A stretch of 20,805 bases of DNA from Vitrella brassicaformis CCMP3155 (taxonomy: Eukaryota > Protista > Chromerida), in assembly GCA_001179505.1 (NCBI GenBank), contig CDMY01000777.1, positions 1 through 20,805 of the forward strand, written 5' to 3'. Each line of letters opens with the position of its first letter. Within the stretch, counting starts at the first letter, position 1. Below are positions 19,639 to 20,805 of the stretch, piece after piece. The notes under the pieces were generated by a model. The model was not told the DNA's origin, made no database searches, and saw only the letters and a list, made by a program, of their open reading frames with translations. The position numbers and the translations under genes are program-made.

Positions 19639-20805
19639 ATGGATAACGAAGACGAGGAAAGCGTTTCCTCGGACACACCTCGACACACCGGTGGGTGAGC
19701 TGACAGGGTGCAATCTCTGGGTGCTGAGCGCTCACATGCCTGACGTGTGCTATGCTGTGCAGGAGAAGGGCTCCTCTTTGTCGGGGACGTCTTCGATCAG
19801 TTTACCGACTCAGTCGACGCACTTGGTGGGGTATACAGACATGACCGGGGCGGGTGCCGAGGGAGAGGGCTGATGTGTGTGATGTGTGCTGTGTGTGCTA
19901 TGCCATTCCCCGACCGACGGACGATAGGTACCGACCGCGAGATCCTCCACCGATGCATCGAGCTTTACGCCCCTCTCAACTGGCGCCTTCAGCGCCGCAC
20001 CAAGGTCACCCACCTGATACTCAATGTGTGCCTCGGATGGAACGCCGGCACCCTGAGGCTGCACCCATGGCCGGCGGAGTCGCCTGTGGACCATGGTGGC
20101 ATGCAACAGGGACCGCACCCACTGACGTCGGTGCTGATGGCGGGGGAGGATATATATGGCAATGGCCAAGGGAGCGAGGCCCGTCGGCCTCCTGTGGTTG
20201 CATGGGTGGACCCTTCCACCCTGCCCCCCCTAGCTGATCCCGTGGGTGAGATTATGGCCAAGATCACAGAGCAGTACCACAGCATCTGGAAGGACCGGGC
20301 TAAATTCCTCAAGTGAGCGAGCCGGCAGGGAGGGAGGGAGTTCCTTGAGGTGTTTGTCTTTATATTATACATGTCTTGTGGCCAGGGTTGAGAAGCCATT
20401 GGTGGATCCAACAGTGGACGACCTCAAGGGTGTCTGTCGACGCATTGGGGAGTCCATGCGGGCGCAGCGGGCTGCTCAAGGCAAGGCCAAGATCGGCCGC
20501 CGCATCTTCTTCCACTACACGGGCTGCGGCGCGCCCGAGCCAACGCGACAGGGCGAGCTGTTCTTCTTCAGACGAGACCCCACCGACCTCAAGGACCTCG
20601 GCGAGTGGGCGCCGCTGCCTGTGGCGTCGCTGCACCAGCTGCTGAGTCAGCCACATGTGGGCGACCAGCAGCCTGCCACCCCATCCAAGACACTGCCTTC
20701 CCCGCTGAGCGTAAACATCAACGTCCCTCTGACAGCCATCCAGAACGTCTACCTGCTGGACTGCCACTACGCGGGGCGCGTCATCGAGGCGCTGGACCAG
20801 TGCCA
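19639..20805 (+). CDS. RPTOR: Raptor/KOG1 (regulatory-associated protein of TOR), N-terminal RNC caspase-like domain; 5' partial gene running off the window
   Basis: Predicted exons 19639-19690, 19763-19825, 19928-20312, 20386-20645, 20736->20805. Motifs WRLQRRTKVTHLILNVCLG, AWVDP, KITEQYHSIWKDRAKF, LVDPTVDDLKGVC, RIFFHYTGCGAPEPTRQGELFFF and VYLLDCHYAGRVI align in order with Raptor [74 protein letters not shown] and FVYDCSNAGLIV. Confidence 0.93.

Noticed and set aside
19616-19694. Alternative Raptor N-terminus SWLDLVRLWITKTRKAFPRTHLDTPV using the donor at 19695
   Set aside because: It is phase-compatible, but I found no ATG in that frame upstream. The ATG at 19639 with the donor at 19691 is simpler; RNA-seq would decide.
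20646-20735. Apparent 30-aa Raptor insertion containing a CDK site (TPSK)
   Set aside because: Bounded by GTCAGC and CTGACAG; removing it restores the canonical spacing to the DC motif, so it is most likely an intron.

Overview
Eukaryotic, GC-rich, intron-dense genomic DNA. Introns are short (about 40-130 nt, GT-AG) and packed with (GT)n/(CAGA)n/(CCAT)n microsatellites, a style resembling the chromerid alveolate Vitrella brassicaformis (organism is inference, not shown). Three spliced genes can be rebuilt by hand from splice sites, phase compatibility and family motifs: (1) an atypical CDK-family kinase on + (273-2598, 11 exons, about 488-498 aa); (2) an atypical cyclin on - (18927 to 15489 or 15374, 13 exons, about 720 aa); (3) the 5' part of a Raptor/KOG1 (TORC1 scaffold) gene on + (19639 to the window end), head-to-head with the cyclin. 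Between the convergent CDK and cyclin lies about 12.8 kb of microsatellite-dense DNA with a 300-N gap, no recognisable protein domain and a few orphan exon-like pieces. The main observation is that the CDK has an altered cyclin-binding helix (PVHAVRD for PSTAIRE), DMG for DFG and a non-CMGC P+1 loop, while the linked cyclin lacks both conserved CDK-contacting residues (Lys to Gly, Glu to Gln). This suggests a possibly co-evolved non-canonical CDK-cyclin pair next to Raptor; that link is a hypothesis. Most ORFs in the supplied track are repeat-derived or antisense artefacts. All exon boundaries are predicted by eye, without transcript data.
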